This document shows positions 1-12,954 of a stretch of 64,000 nt of DNA, in pieces; position 1 is the stretch's first letter; each line of letters starts with the position of its first letter. The notes under the pieces were generated by a model. That model worked only from the letters and a program-made list of their open reading frames with translations, was not told the DNA's origin and ran no database searches. The stretch is from Octopus sinensis. Taxonomy: Eukaryota. The position numbers were made by a program, and so were the translations under genes. Location: positions 44,392,001-44,456,000 of the forward strand of contig NC_043008.1 of NCBI RefSeq assembly GCF_006345805.1. The letters are read 5' to 3'.

Positions 1-154
1 TCCAGACAAGGCTGTGTTGTTAAAATCTGGTTTGAAAACACGTGGTTTCGAATTCAGTCCTACTCGTGGCTCCTTGAGTAAGCGTCTTCTACTAAAGACT
101 CGACCCGATCACACCTTCTCTGGAAGTCTGCACGTACATATATACGTATATTGA

Positions 155-327
155 TTTCAAATTTTGGCACAATGGCAGCAGTGCTCAACTGGTACTTGTT
201 CTAGTGTACTGGAATGAATGAAAGGTAATGGCAACCTCGGCAGTATTTGGACACAAAACGTAATAAGGGACGAAATGCCGTTAAATGTTTTGTCCGGTTT
301 GCTAACAATTCTGCCAGCTCGCAGCCT
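155..327 (-). mobile_element. Degenerate tRNA-derived SINE, family B
   Basis: Reverse complement resembles the head gcgagctggcagaat..gttagc and the body seen intact at 15836-16045 and 48731-48960. Confidence 0.6.
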
Positions 328-644
328 TAATACATACCTATATCAATGAATGTATGTGTGTGAATGAATATATACACATACAGACACATATATGCATCTA
401 TAAATATTTTTGTATGTTTGTGTGTATGTATGTGTGCATGGGTGTTCATGATTATCGCTTCCCCCATTACACAACCGGCGTCAGTTTGTTGACATCCCGG
501 ATCATGTCGGTCCAGCAAAACGTGGTCTATAGGATAAAAAGCAGATTTACGTAATTCCTAGCATCTGATCGATTTCTTCGGATACACCCATCAGGTGATT
601 CTCCAGTATGGTGGCTATCCATTTGCTCAAAGAAGAGCGAAAGG

Positions 645-815
645 TAAACCGGTGTTGGTAACATTGCGGCCCCGTACGATTGCGGTTCGGCATAAAGAAT
701 GATAGAATTAGTACCAAGCTTGAAAAAATGCCCTTGTGTCTACTCGTCAGACTAAACTTTCCTCAAGGTGGTGCCCCAGCATGGCCGCTCTCTCAGACTG
801 AAACGAGTCAAAGCG
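645..815 (+). mobile_element. SINE family A, 3' portion, degenerate
   Basis: gcggttcggc..gatagaattagtacc..ggtgccccagcatggccgc..gactgaaacgagt matches the tail of intact copies such as 33420-33612. Confidence 0.65.
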
Positions 816-1336
816 AAAGAATGTTGATCCTTTGGTCTTAGCTATGACTGTTAATTAATTTTGTGGTGTCTCTTTAATTCTTTTAAAGCATTTCCGACAT
901 CTTACTGATTTGCAGCATGTGGAGGCATATTGTGAACAAATTGTTCATAAGTCCACTAGCAACCGTGACGTCGTGAGTTCGATCTCACTACATGAGATGA
1001 AGAGCAAGTGTGATTGTCTATAAGTTCGTGTCAACCCATATGTTCTGAGTGAAACACAGAAAACAAATGGGTAATAGAAATCCCTTCGTCTTGATTTTTA
1101 TATGAAATCTAAATGCCATCTTTGTTACACTATTTCTGCGTGACGATGAAACGGATAACTGTCTGGGGTATACACAGCCACTAACATGCGAATTAAAAGA
1201 ACCTTCTGTAAGTAGGTAAATGAATTATTGATCACCTGCGTTCGGAAATTCATTCCAAGATACCTGTTTTTCCTTTGGCAGGCATTATTTTGTGTTACAT
1301 AAGTTTTGATTATTTTAGTTGTGTTTGCGTAGGATA

Positions 1337-1377
<41 letters not shown>

Positions 1378-1388
1378 ATTCCAAAGTT

Positions 1389-1860
1389 TCTAATACCGTC
1401 TTGTTTACAAAGTACAAGATTGGTAGAATTGAGGGCTTCCTTATACAATCACAATTGCGCTGGGCTGACCATGTGGTCAGAATGAGTAACGAAAGAATGC
1501 CCTAAGCGCTTATGTACAGCCAGCTTGACAGTGGACACAAAAATGTTGGTCGACCATAGCTGAGATATAAAGACAAGCTGAAGAGTAACCTCTTAGTGAT
1601 GAAAATAGCTCGCAGCACCTTTGAGTGAACTGCATTGGTACGAAAAGAATGGTGTTAAAAACCTTTTTTACAACCAACATTAACAAGCTTCGGGGAGCAA
1701 GGCAAAGGAGAAAAGCAGCTGCAAATATACCACCTGCTCTGACCTGTAATCCTCATACTTGCAACCCCTGTGGTCTTCTTTGCAAATCGTTAGCGGGACT
1801 TAAATGTCACATTCGACATCAGCATTATAACTGACAAAGAAAAAATACATTGTCGGAGTT
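1389..1860 (+). mobile_element. RTE(-BovB)-type LINE 3' fragment, pseudogenised
   Basis: Translates QSQLRWADHVVRMSNERMPKRLMYSQL..GRP*LRYKDKLK and a C-terminal C2H2 finger CNPCGLLCKSLAGLKCHIRHQH; contains stops and frameshifts; homologous to 26065-27745. Confidence 0.9.
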
Positions 1861-2418
1861 TTTATTACCATCGTTTATTAATTATTGAATCTCTTTTTCT
1901 GGAAAATTTTCGAAGTAACGCTGGCATTTTTTATTTGCTGCCGACAAAAAGCTGCGCCTGCGCGGTGGGTTTGAAAACTTATAATGTGTAAGCACGAGGC
2001 ATATCCTGGATTGCCTCGTACTTATATGTTTAACCTAGGCGTAGCTAGAAACCATGGTCCAGGAGATGGATGGTAAATGGTTTTATTTTTCATTCCCTTC
2101 CAAGTTTTATCCCTAATAGTGGTTTGGATTTTAGCTGCTCCTTCTAGCGTGCCAGGATGATGGATACCTCTTATGTGTTTAAATGTACACTGTATTTATA
2201 TGAATAATATATAGTCTATTGACTAATTTTTCCACACGCCAGGACACTGGTAGTAAAAATTTCTAAAAGTTTTTATTACGCTGATATTATATATATATAT
2301 ATATCGTGAGTGCAACACCCTAACCAATATGTCATGCGCCCCAACTATATATATATATATATATATATATAATCATTTATATATATATACACACACACAC
2401 GCACACACACACACGCAC

Positions 2419-2478
<60 letters not shown>

Positions 2479-2787
2479 CACGGTCATATATATATATGTT
2501 GCGTTTCACACCCTCTATATTATTCTATACGTTTTCTAATTTCGCTGTCCAGAACATCATTGACTAATAATGCCTCCAGTTCCCCGTAGATGAGATCTTG
2601 TCCGAAGAATACCAACATGTCTGCTAAAGTACATATACTTCTTACGTCTGTCAGTTATTTTGATATGTTTTAAGTTGAGTTCCATATTATTTGGAAGTTT
2701 GGACAGATACGTCTCAGGAAAAACCGTCAAGTTTATTGTCAGTTTGTGAATTGTGGTCGTAATAATATTGAGGAATTTAATTTTTAT

Positions 2788-3055
2788 GCCGTGGCTGTAT
2801 GGAAAAAAAGTTTGCTTCCCAACCACATGATAACGAGTTCAGTTCCACTGCATGTCATCTTGAGCAAGTATCTTCTTTTGGCGATTGCAGGCCCCAAAAT
2901 CATTAAATAGGTGAAGGATTAAAATTAATCAAAGGACATACTAAGTATGTCTACCTGCTAGAAATAACAGTCGAAACTCTAACTTAAATCGCCGAAAAAA
3001 ACCCATTGATAATAACTACAGAAATCAACCGTCTGCAAGCGAACAGGTCAAAACA
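2788..3055 (+). mobile_element. Degenerate SINE (family-A-like head plus gtctacctgctagaaataacag tail)
   Basis: Head gtggctgtatgg..ccaaccacatg..ttgagcaagtatcttct; the tail is repeated, diverged, at 3344-3520. Confidence 0.55.
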
Positions 3056-3279
3056 ATCCTTCAACATACATTCAAGTATTTGTACTCACGTGGACCTGTT
3101 TCTAGACTGGCATTATAGCCTCACCTTCACCAGCACGTGTTAACATGATGAAAAGCCCCAACCTCTCACGTTGAAGACTTCGCTGCTACTGAATTGCTTT
3201 GCGCCAAATGACAGCAGTCACCAGTGTGAAAATAATTTGAATACGGAGCAAATAATTGAGGAGAAATATTTGCGAAGAT

Positions 3280-3341
3280 ATTATTGATTCTGCTATTATC
3301 TAGTGTAACAATTTAAAAATGATAATAGCAGAATCAATAAT
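3280..3341. other. Perfect 21-bp inverted repeat with a 20-nt loop
   Basis: attattgattctgctattatc (3280-3300) is the exact reverse complement of gataatagcagaatcaataat (3321-3341). Confidence 0.95.
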
Positions 3342-3779
3342 GTAGGCGATTGCAGGCCCAGAAAGGCATTACATACGTGAAAGATTAAAATTGACAAACA
3401 AATATACGAACTGTGTCTACCTGATGGAAATAACAGTTAACTCCCTTATTTAAATCGCCGAAAAGCACACTGATAATAACTACAGACATCAAACGTCTGC
3501 GAGCAAATGTGTCAAGACAATTGCTATAATTGGAAGAATGTTTATAAATGAAGTTAGAAAGGGAGACACGTTATATAGGCAACAATGAAGAAGTTTGGTT
3601 GGATAAATATTGCATCAAAGGAGAGCACGATAAAAAGTGTTTCTATTAACAGAGTAGAAAGTGTAAAATTCAGGCTAAGAGAAGAAGCTAGGTGTAGTAA
3701 TGAAGAATTAATGAATTGGGAATTAAAGAAAATGCAATAGCATCTTTGTTTTATTTTCCATTGCTTCGTCACAGAAGTG

Positions 3780-4800
3780 CAACTTGCGTGAAGTGTTTTC
3801 AATTGGCGGAGAAGGTCTTGATATCTCTCTGCTAAGAACCAAGTCAAGGAGCTGGAGGAGAAATATTTTGATATCCCCCATGCCGGGAACCTATTTAGAG
3901 TGCTGCCACAGAAACACTCTGTTAATAGAAACACATTTTATCCTGCTCTCCTTCGATGCAATATTTATCCAACCAAACTTCTTCATTGTTGCATAAATAA
4001 CGTGTCTCCCTTTCTAACTTCATTTATAAACATTCTTCCAACTCTCCCTACTTATCTCTCTATTTTACGTTCACTTCAACAGACATTCTATCTGCTCTCG
4101 CTTCTTGTTTGTAAAGCACGATGCTCTCCTTCAGCATTTTATAAAGGTTTCTATGCAAAACCGTTTTTGATTTTCTTTAATTGAACCTCATTGAAATCTT
4201 ATACAATCGTTCGAGTATCTCTTATCTCTTCGGATTATGCTATGGCATCCCGTACATGGTTATTCAATAGCTTTCGTTTTACCATCCACTTTAATCAGAT
4301 ATGGCTTTCGACGAAAATTCTTTACCTTATTTGAACTGTCTAAACTTTCCCAAGAGCTAAGCTTAATAACTTGATTCTTTGCTAAAAGGATCGATTTTGC
4401 TACACTTTAATACCATTTCTAGTGAATGAAATAGCAGCCAAATCTCTCTAGAGCTGCATTCTATCACCGTGTTAGAACTCTTTCGGTGTGTGTGATCTTT
4501 GATATAAAGAAAAATAATATGGGATTGTCACGGATGGATGCCTTGTGATTTTTGCTATGTGCTATATAATTGGTTGACAGTCCTGTGAAGAATGTTCTCT
4601 GTGTTCTGTATTATTGAGTGGTAGTTGTGTAGAATTTAATAATGGGTTGTCTTGGGATAATTGTAGAATAAGCAGTCATTTCTGTAAGAGCCGGGGTAAA
4701 TCAGAGATGATAGTCGTGAAAAGTACGGCTTCTGAGGGTAGATGTTTTTCTTCCGACTCTTTAGATTGGGAGATCAAATATCGAAAAACCTTGCTTGCTT
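3780..4800 (-). mobile_element. Highly decayed CR1/L2-like LINE (endonuclease C-terminus to start of RT)
   Basis: Broken minus-strand translation HPSVTIPYYFSL..SWESLDSSNKVKNF..AIE*P..IIRRDKRY..K*VPGMGDIKIFLL resembles the EN-RT linker and the KAPGxDxI motif; many stops. Confidence 0.45.
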
Positions 4801-5261
4801 TTTGTCATTTCGGACAAAATAAATCAGTAAATTATTTTCTTTAATAGACGCATCGATGGCATCGATCCTCCGACTAAGCCTTCAAAGAATTTCAGGTCTT
4901 TATTATTATTATCATTATCATCATCATTATTATTATTATTATTATTATTATTTTACGTTCTGGGTTCAAATTCCGCCGACGTCGACATTGTCTTTCTTGT
5001 TGGGGCGTTGTGTCCCTCAGCAACACGCTTCGTTTCTCATTGCTCCATTTCACTCAATTGTAAACCCTAAAAAAGGATGGGATAGCTGCTATGGTATTTC
5101 CAGCTTATACGCCAGGGAATCCGAGTTACCGACCGCATAAGGCCTACGACCAGAGACGGTAATAAATTTACCGTAAATTTTTGGTTAAATCCGCACTCAT
5201 CTAAAAAGCCTGGAGATTTGAAATTCAGGTAAATCTATCAAATTTCATCTACACCCATAAA

Positions 5262-5342
5262 GAAGGAACCGCATATCAGAATCGATCCACAGACCTCATA
5301 AATGCAAGGCAACCGTCTTAACCGCTGAGCCATGCCTGCGTT
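5262..5342 (-). mobile_element. tRNA-derived SINE head, degenerate
   Basis: Reverse complement gcaggcatggctcagcggttaag..ggatcgattc has A-box and B-box-like motifs. Confidence 0.5.
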
Positions 5343-5438
5343 CACGATTATACTTCAAACTTTTACCGCTAATCTAAAACAGACAACACATTACTTGCCG
5401 TTGTCCTTATCATGTTTGCTTGCATGAATGATCAAAGA

Positions 5439-5486
<48 letters not shown>

Positions 5487-5630
5487 GCACACACACACAC
5501 ACACCACATACATATCTACGTACGTATATATATATATCATTTATATTATGAGATATAAATATGATATATGATATATATATATATATGTTTACAAATGTAT
5601 ATATCATTTATATTACAAGAGATATAAACA

Positions 5631-5700
<70 letters not shown>

Positions 5701-5996
5701 TATATATATATATGAACCAATCGGTGCTTATTGAAGTCGGTGACTTGGATGTAGCAAATATCAATCAGACGAGTAAAGTATTCAGACATCAAAGAATATT
5801 TGGAATTATTGTTGCAAAGAGAATACAAAGTAGCAATAAGCAAATATCAGTTCGGTGGTGCTTTGCTTCTTTCTTTCCTTCTTTCTTTTTTTAAACAAAA
5901 ATATATCCTTAATATGAATTGTTAAAATTGGAACAGTTTTCGTTTTTGCTATGTCACATATATAGCAGACGGACGCAGAATTTCATATATCTATAT

Positions 5997-6097
<101 letters not shown>

Positions 6098-6102
6098 ATA
6101 TG

Positions 6103-6158
<56 letters not shown>

Positions 6159-6691
6159 TACATATATACATATAAATGCATATGACATATATATATATAT
6201 ATACATATATATATTGATAGATAGATATCAATATGTATATAATCATACAAACATACACACATACACAAACACCGACACACACATACACAATCGCATACAC
6301 ACATATATATACAATTGTAGTGTATGTATATATATATATAATATATATATATATTTGTATGAATATAACTATATATGTAGATGCATTTATATACACACAC
6401 ACATATATATATATATATGTATGCATTTATCTGTGAACATGTAAGTCTACGTACGAATGTATACGCATATAGCTACATGCACAAACATATACACGCATGC
6501 ACACACAACCGGGGACACATATATACCCACAAAAATCAGGTACATATATATGTGGGAACAGGTGCGAATGTACAATCGTTTCTATATATATATATGATAT
6601 TATTCTGTGTGTATATGTCTCATAGTATATGTATACCCATAAAAATGCAAATATATATATATATATTTCCATATATATCATATATAATGTA

Positions 6692-6740
<49 letters not shown>

Positions 6741-6754
6741 ATATATGTGTATAT

Positions 6755-6798
<44 letters not shown>

Positions 6799-7451
6799 AT
6801 ATATATATATATATATTATATATATATATATATATATATGTGTATGTATGTATGTATGTATACATGTGTATATTTTGTACACGTATACTTCTTTTGTAAT
6901 CACACATTTTTGTACCTCCACCCAAGAAAGCAATGTTATTTTTCCATTTCAATAAGCTTGGCGTTGTTGTCGTACCAAGGCAGAGCTATATCTGTATGTG
7001 CCAGGCAAGAGCATTTAGATTAACGATGATAAGTACAGAGAAAACCCAGTGCACATATCGCTTTTAATATAGCAGTTCATTTCACTTCCCTCATGCTCAT
7101 GACAGCGTACATAAGTTCGCCAACGCACCATGCTACCTACCCGTTCACAGAACACCTAGTGCTGTTCTTATGCATGTTAATATTTATAACTATGCCTAAA
7201 TGTGCGGGTGTGTGTGTGTATGTGTGTGTTCGTGTGAGTGTGTGTGTATGAGTATGCATAAATAAATTGGGCAAATCAGAAAGGGAGAGGGGGGACTTCA
7301 TTTTGACAGCGATGCTAAGTTGTATATTAATTCGAAAGACTTTATATATTTAGAATTATCGTGAAACACTGTGTAGTTTACAACACGTACGTATATATGC
7401 GTACATAAGTGTATGTCTGTATGCATACATACACACACAAATATATATATA

Positions 7452-7482
<31 letters not shown>

Positions 7483-7765
7483 ATACATATATATACAGAG
7501 ATAGAGAGAGAGTGAGAAAGAGAGGTAGAGAGATTGAATGGATAGATATGATTGTGTTATACATTTGTGTATGTGTGCCTCTGTGAGCTTTATATTCGTA
7601 CATAAGTATATTAAACAGATCTTTATGTGCTTATATATGTTTTCTTCTTTGTCTCAATCTATCTACTTAATAGGACACACACACACATAGAGAGAGAGAG
7701 AATGAGAGAGAAAGAGAGAGAGGAGGAGAGAGAAAAAGAGAGATAGAGAGAGGGAGAGAGAGAGA

Positions 7766-8640
7766 AGGTGCGGTGAATAAACTGTCGTCTAAATTTCACA
7801 AAAATGAAAATAACACTGACATTTCATTTTAACAGATTTATTTATCAAAATACATTAAGATATTTTGAAAGAGTAAAGAGTAAATTTATTCAACAAAATC
7901 GCCATTGGCCTCAACCACGTCCTCCAGATGACTCCGTAACATCCTGCAAAGTTTCCGAAGGTCTTCTTCTTTAAATTGATGAATGCTGCCATAATACTTG
8001 TCTTCAGTTCATCACTGATGTTACAATGAGTATTGCTGGTCTCTCGTTCAATTCCTGCGACCATACCACCCCTAACATCTGGCTGCCTACCTCTCCAGAC
8101 TGCAACCCCCTTCATTATTATGCGAGGGGGTTGCAATCTGGGGCGTTAAGCAGCCAGATGTTAGGGGTGATATGGTTGCAGAAATTGTCTGACAGCCATG
8201 ACTGGTTTCTCCTGCTTATGTGGCATGGCACAGAGTCCTGTTGCCAGACACAGGTTGGTCCAGCAACGACCCTCTTGAGCCACAGCAGCGCTACCTCCAC
8301 CAGTCACATGATGTAGACCTGCATGCTGAAAAAGAATGAAGGCAGAACGTCGCCATCACTAGTGATCACTCCAAACACCATGATGATGACCGGATGTTTG
8401 ATTTTTATCACTCTCAGTAGCTGTCCTCTGATTGACACCCAAACACTCTGTAATGTATTGGAGCTTCCGGCACAAATACCTAGCAGTACAGCATGTCGTT
8501 TCCAAATTTCTGGCAGAGTGAATTGCGCCATGTTACTGTTTTTCTCACAGATGCTGCCCAACTGACCCTACTATACTGTTTAGTCGATAAAATCACAAAC
8601 AATGCGCAAGCGCGAAATTAGTTATATAAAAGATAAACAA
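7766..8640 (-). mobile_element. Tc1/mariner DD37D (maT-type) transposon remnant
   Basis: IKHPVIIMVFGVITSDGDVLP..CVWQQDSVPCHISRRNQSWLSDNFCNHITPNIWLLNAPDCNPL..ERETSNTHCNISDELKTSIMAAF; 37 residues lie between the QQD aspartate and the expected position of the third D; frameshifts and an internal inversion. Confidence 0.88.
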
Positions 8641-8820
8641 TATAGGCGCAGGAGTGGCTGTGTGGTAAGTAGCTTGCTTACCAACCACATGGTTCCGGGT
8701 TCAGTCCCACTGTGTGACACCTTGGGCAAGTGTCTTCTACTATAGCCTCGAGCCGACCAAAGCCTTGTGAGTGGATTTGGTAGACGGAAACTGAAAGAAG
8801 CCTGTCGTATATATGTATAT

Positions 8821-9012
8821 TCTTTCTGTGTTTTTTCTCTGTGTATCTTTCTGTTGAAGAGCGTAGGCTCGAAACGTTAAAGACTTGTTTTGTTTATATT
8901 TCCTGAGCGCCATACTAATACAATTGTTTGTTTGTATTCTACCTGCCTTCGTCTTTTCTTTATTTCCGTAAACCTGCCTTCGTCTTTTGTCTATTTTCAT
9001 AAAGCTTCCCGT

Positions 9013-9015
<3 letters not shown>
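8821..9015 (+). mobile_element. Penelope-like 3'/pLTR fragment, family P1
   Basis: ctgttgaagagcgtaggctcgaaacgt..gagcgccatactaatac..cctgccttcgtctttt recurs at 19245, 43505 and 45560; assignment to Penelope is inferred from the embedded hammerhead-like motif. Confidence 0.6.
8846..8883 (+). ncRNA. Candidate minimal type-I hammerhead ribozyme, variant core
   Basis: Stem I tcttt/aaaga; core CUGUUGA plus extra A; stem II GAGC-GUAG-GCUC; GAAA; palindromic stem III ACGU; predicted cleavage after 8878. Confidence 0.55.
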
Positions 9016-9050
<35 letters not shown>

Positions 9051-9292
9051 CGTGTGTGTTTGTTTGTCCCCCTAGCATTGCTTGACAACCGATGCTGGTG
9101 TGTTTATGTCCCCGTCACCTAGCGGCTTGGCAAAAGAGACCGATAGAATAAGTACTGGGCTTACAAAGAATAAGTCCCGGGGTCGATTTGCTCGATTAAA
9201 GATGGTGCTCCAGTATGGCCGCAGTCAAATGACTGAAACAAGTAAAAAGAGTAAAAAGACAGTAATTTACCCAACGCACCCTCTATGTATAT

Positions 9293-9460
9293 ATTCTTTT
9301 ACTTGTTTCAGTCACTTAACTTCGACCATACTGGAGCACCGCCTTTAGTCGAACAAATCAACCCCAGCCTAGTACTTATTATTTCTGTCTTTTAGGCCGA
9401 ACCGCACACCAACGCACCAACATCGGTCGAGAAGCGATGGCGAGGGACAAACACAAACAC
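9293..9460 (-). mobile_element. SINE family A, 3' portion
   Basis: tcttttacttgtttcagtc..ctggagcaccgcctttagtcga is the reverse complement of the family A tail. Confidence 0.8.
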
Positions 9461-9564
9461 ACGAACATATACATAAATATATATATGTATATATGCTTAT
9501 ATGTACAAATATATGTGTGTGTGTGTGTATATCTACATATATGTATATACGTATATACAAGCAT

Positions 9565-9640
<76 letters not shown>

Positions 9641-9644
<4 letters not shown>

Positions 9645-10584
9645 AATGAGAGAGCCAGAGAGACATATGAGATTGACAGACAGAAGAAAACGATAAGAAC
9701 ATTCAAACGAAACGTTGATTCATATGATAGCAAATAAATATGAATTGTGGGCAAAGCGAAATATATATATACATATATTAATGAAGCGAACAACTGCATA
9801 TAAAATCGCTATTCTTCGTAGCTCAATATAATATACTTCCTCGGCATTATTACACCAATATCTTGATAATTATATATGTATGAATGTATGTATGTATAAG
9901 TATTGGTTGTGTATTACTCAGCCAATATGAGTACATATTTTAAGACAATTCATATGTTTTATCACCCGAGTAAATGAATCGAAATTCTGCTGAGGTTTTA
10001 CCAATTAGAAAACGTGAAGATTAATTAATAATTGTTTATAATGTTGCATATACTTAGTACACACGCGCGCGCGCAGATAGCTCGTTAGAATCATAGGTTG
10101 ACTGATATATGTGCGTGTACGTATGTGTATATATATATATATATATACGCGTGTGTGTGTGTGTTTGTATGTATATACAGTTGTATACATATACACACAT
10201 ATAGATATGTATACGTGTGTATATGTGTGTGTATACGTGTGTATGTTTGTGTGTGTGCATTAAGACCGAACAATGATAATGAGTGCTCAACACCGAATCG
10301 GTGGGTAAAGATTCTTCAGTTAGGGTTTAAGGCTACCATTGGTTTCAAATTTGGAAAGAAATCCCTTAATTATCAAAGTTTACCACATGAAACATCGGTT
10401 TTCGTCTCCAACTTGGAGTAAGCCAAACATACAGACATACATATATACATACATATATTCATACATATATACATATTCATACATATATACATATATACAT
10501 ACATATATATATATATATATGCATATAAATACATATATACATACATATACATATATATATATATATTATATATATATATATATA

Positions 10585-10629
<45 letters not shown>

Positions 10630-12181
10630 CCCGTTCTATATACATACATATATACACACATGCATACATATATGTCAGTCATATCTATCTGTCTGCGTGT
10701 GTACGTGTGTGTACGTATGTTCGAGTGTGTGTGTGTGTATGTGTGTGTATGTGTACATGTGTGTGTGCGCGTGTGTGTCTGTGTTTACCCGGCTAAGTAG
10801 ACACATTACTTAGAATATCGAAAACATGATCAGTCGCCATTCCACTTCGACTGCATGATTCCATGTTGCATTCTATGCACACACATCGCTATTACCGACT
10901 GTACTCTAAAAACTAATCGATCGCTATGAATTCTTTACCAATACCTGAGTGTACAATGTTCAGTCCCCCCCCGCCCCGCCGCTACAACACACCTGATTGT
11001 TTAAATCTGTTGTAACTCTAACGTTCAGTTCCATTACATTATAAACATGTCGCTACATTAAGCACCAGTTTATAAATAATCGATTCGTCGTTATACTCAC
11101 ACAGCCGTATCGCTAAGCATTTCTATTAATATTCCTATACTTGATGCTTGTTTAGTTTTTGTTGTTTAAATGCGTTGTTTTTGCATATTTTTGTGGAAGT
11201 AGTTGTTTGTGTCGTTGCTTTAATTTGCGGGGGTGTGTTGAATATTTTGTCGTCTTGTCTCCACACTAATAATATTAACTCACAAATGTGTGGGTGATTT
11301 ACGTAGTAATCCTGTCGTCATGAGATAAATTCATTCAGATTTGATGTTCTAACGATCATGAGAATGAGAAAGAGAATCCGTTGTGAAATATATTATCGTT
11401 GTTAGGACATGCTGAAATATTTATACATTTACATCAATATGTATATACATGTGGCTGTGTGGTAAGTAGTTTGCTTACGTGTTCCCATGGTTCCGGGTTC
11501 AGTCCCACTGAATGGCACCTTGGCCCCTTAATAAGACATCGCTACTGCCCCTGCCATTTCTCCACCCTAAGATTACTGTCATACTGTAACATCTCTCATT
11601 CTTCACTCGCCCTAGGACGGTGAGTATGTCTCGGCAAGTGAGTGTAACAGACATGGAAATAAATAGTAAATAATAATAGTAGTGATTATAGTCTTCCTTC
11701 ACGTTGCACTCGTAAATGTGCCCACACTGACCAACAGATGTTAGTTACCTTGATACAATTTGGTATTTTGTTTCTTTGTCAATATACAAAATATTATGAT
11801 GAGTTGATTGCACGACGCCTTTTTGGACGTTGACGATTTGGCGCGGCAGACTCGTCTTTCAACCCGTTCTGGCGATAGTACATTTCGGCACTGGAGGCAA
11901 ACAGATATGCATGCATTCACAGAAATATACGTATAGAGAGAGAGATTTAGAGAATGGGGAAGTGAAGGAGAGAGGGACATTATATAAATGCATTCATAAA
12001 TATATGCTCATATACATAAACAGAGAAAGAGAGAGAAAGAAAGAGTGAAAGAGGGAATGAAAGAATGAGAGAGCCAGAGCGGCATATGAGGTGGATTGAC
12101 AGAAGAAAACGATAATGACATTCAAACGAAACGTCGATTCATCTGATATCAAATAAATAAGCGATGTGGGCAACGCGAAAT
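9641..12181 (+). repeat. Pair of ~120-bp diverged direct repeats (9641-9762 and 12060-12181)
   Basis: aagaatgagagagccagag..cagaagaaaacgata..cattcaaacgaaacgt.gattcat.tgata.caaataaata..tgtgggcaa.gcgaaat occurs twice. Confidence 0.85.
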
Positions 12182-12595
12182 TTACAGTTCCAAAACCGTT
12201 GAGCCCCAAAGTCTCCTACCCACAATAGACTACTACATTTCTTTTTCACATTGACAATGGGAAAAATTCATTTCAATGTTACCTTCGACTTATCTAGAAT
12301 ACAGACCTTCCTCGTTGGTAACAGAATATAACACTAATGTAGAATGAGAAATTCCATTCTGATATTAGTATAACACTTTCTCATTTTAAATTAATTTATC
12401 TTTCAAATCTATGGCTGTCTTCCTTCTTTATCTTATATTTTCTGTTTGTTCATAAAATAACATCTTTTGTTTTGTAATATTCTTTCATTATTCCGTTGAT
12501 TTATTGCAAATTGTGGGAAATATACTCTAAATGAAATGACTGTAGCTTTCAGAACCACATGATGCACGCTCATGTTATTGATTTATACGCCATGC

Positions 12596-12628
<33 letters not shown>

Positions 12629-12797
12629 TATAATATATATATAATATATATATATATATGTGTGTGTGTGGGGGGGTGTATGTATATGTATATGTATGCA
12701 TATATATGTATATATATGTATATATATGCATATATATATATATATATGCATATATATATATATACGTATGTATATATGTGTATGTATGTATGTATAT

Positions 12798-12842
<45 letters not shown>

Positions 12843-12906
12843 TACATACATACATTCACATATGTATATATTTATATACATACACTTATGTATATACTTA
12901 TGTATG

Positions 12907-12937
<31 letters not shown>

Positions 12938-12954
12938 ATTACAAATAATGATTA

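Larger units (their letters stand above)
8642..9255 (+). mobile_element. SINE family A, full length, with a nested Penelope-like fragment
   Basis: Head ggcgcaggagtggctgtgtggtaag..ggttcagtcccactg, body ccttgggcaagtgtcttct, internal (TA)n, tail ending gactgaaacaagtaaaaagag. Confidence 0.9.

Noticed and set aside
1625-1834. C2H2 zinc-finger ORF (also 26471-26728) as a host zinc-finger gene
   Set aside because: It is the C-terminal finger of the RTE LINE ORF, contiguous with frameshifted RT sequence
2531-2623. Exon-like minus-strand frame DMLVFFGQDLIYGELEALLVNDVLDSEIRK
   Set aside because: Weak polypyrimidine tract and donor; no recognisable family; it could equally be a decayed LINE endonuclease remnant
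3090-3230. Minus-strand segment ending in a perfect gtgagt donor
   Set aside because: No frame stays open from a plausible acceptor to the donor
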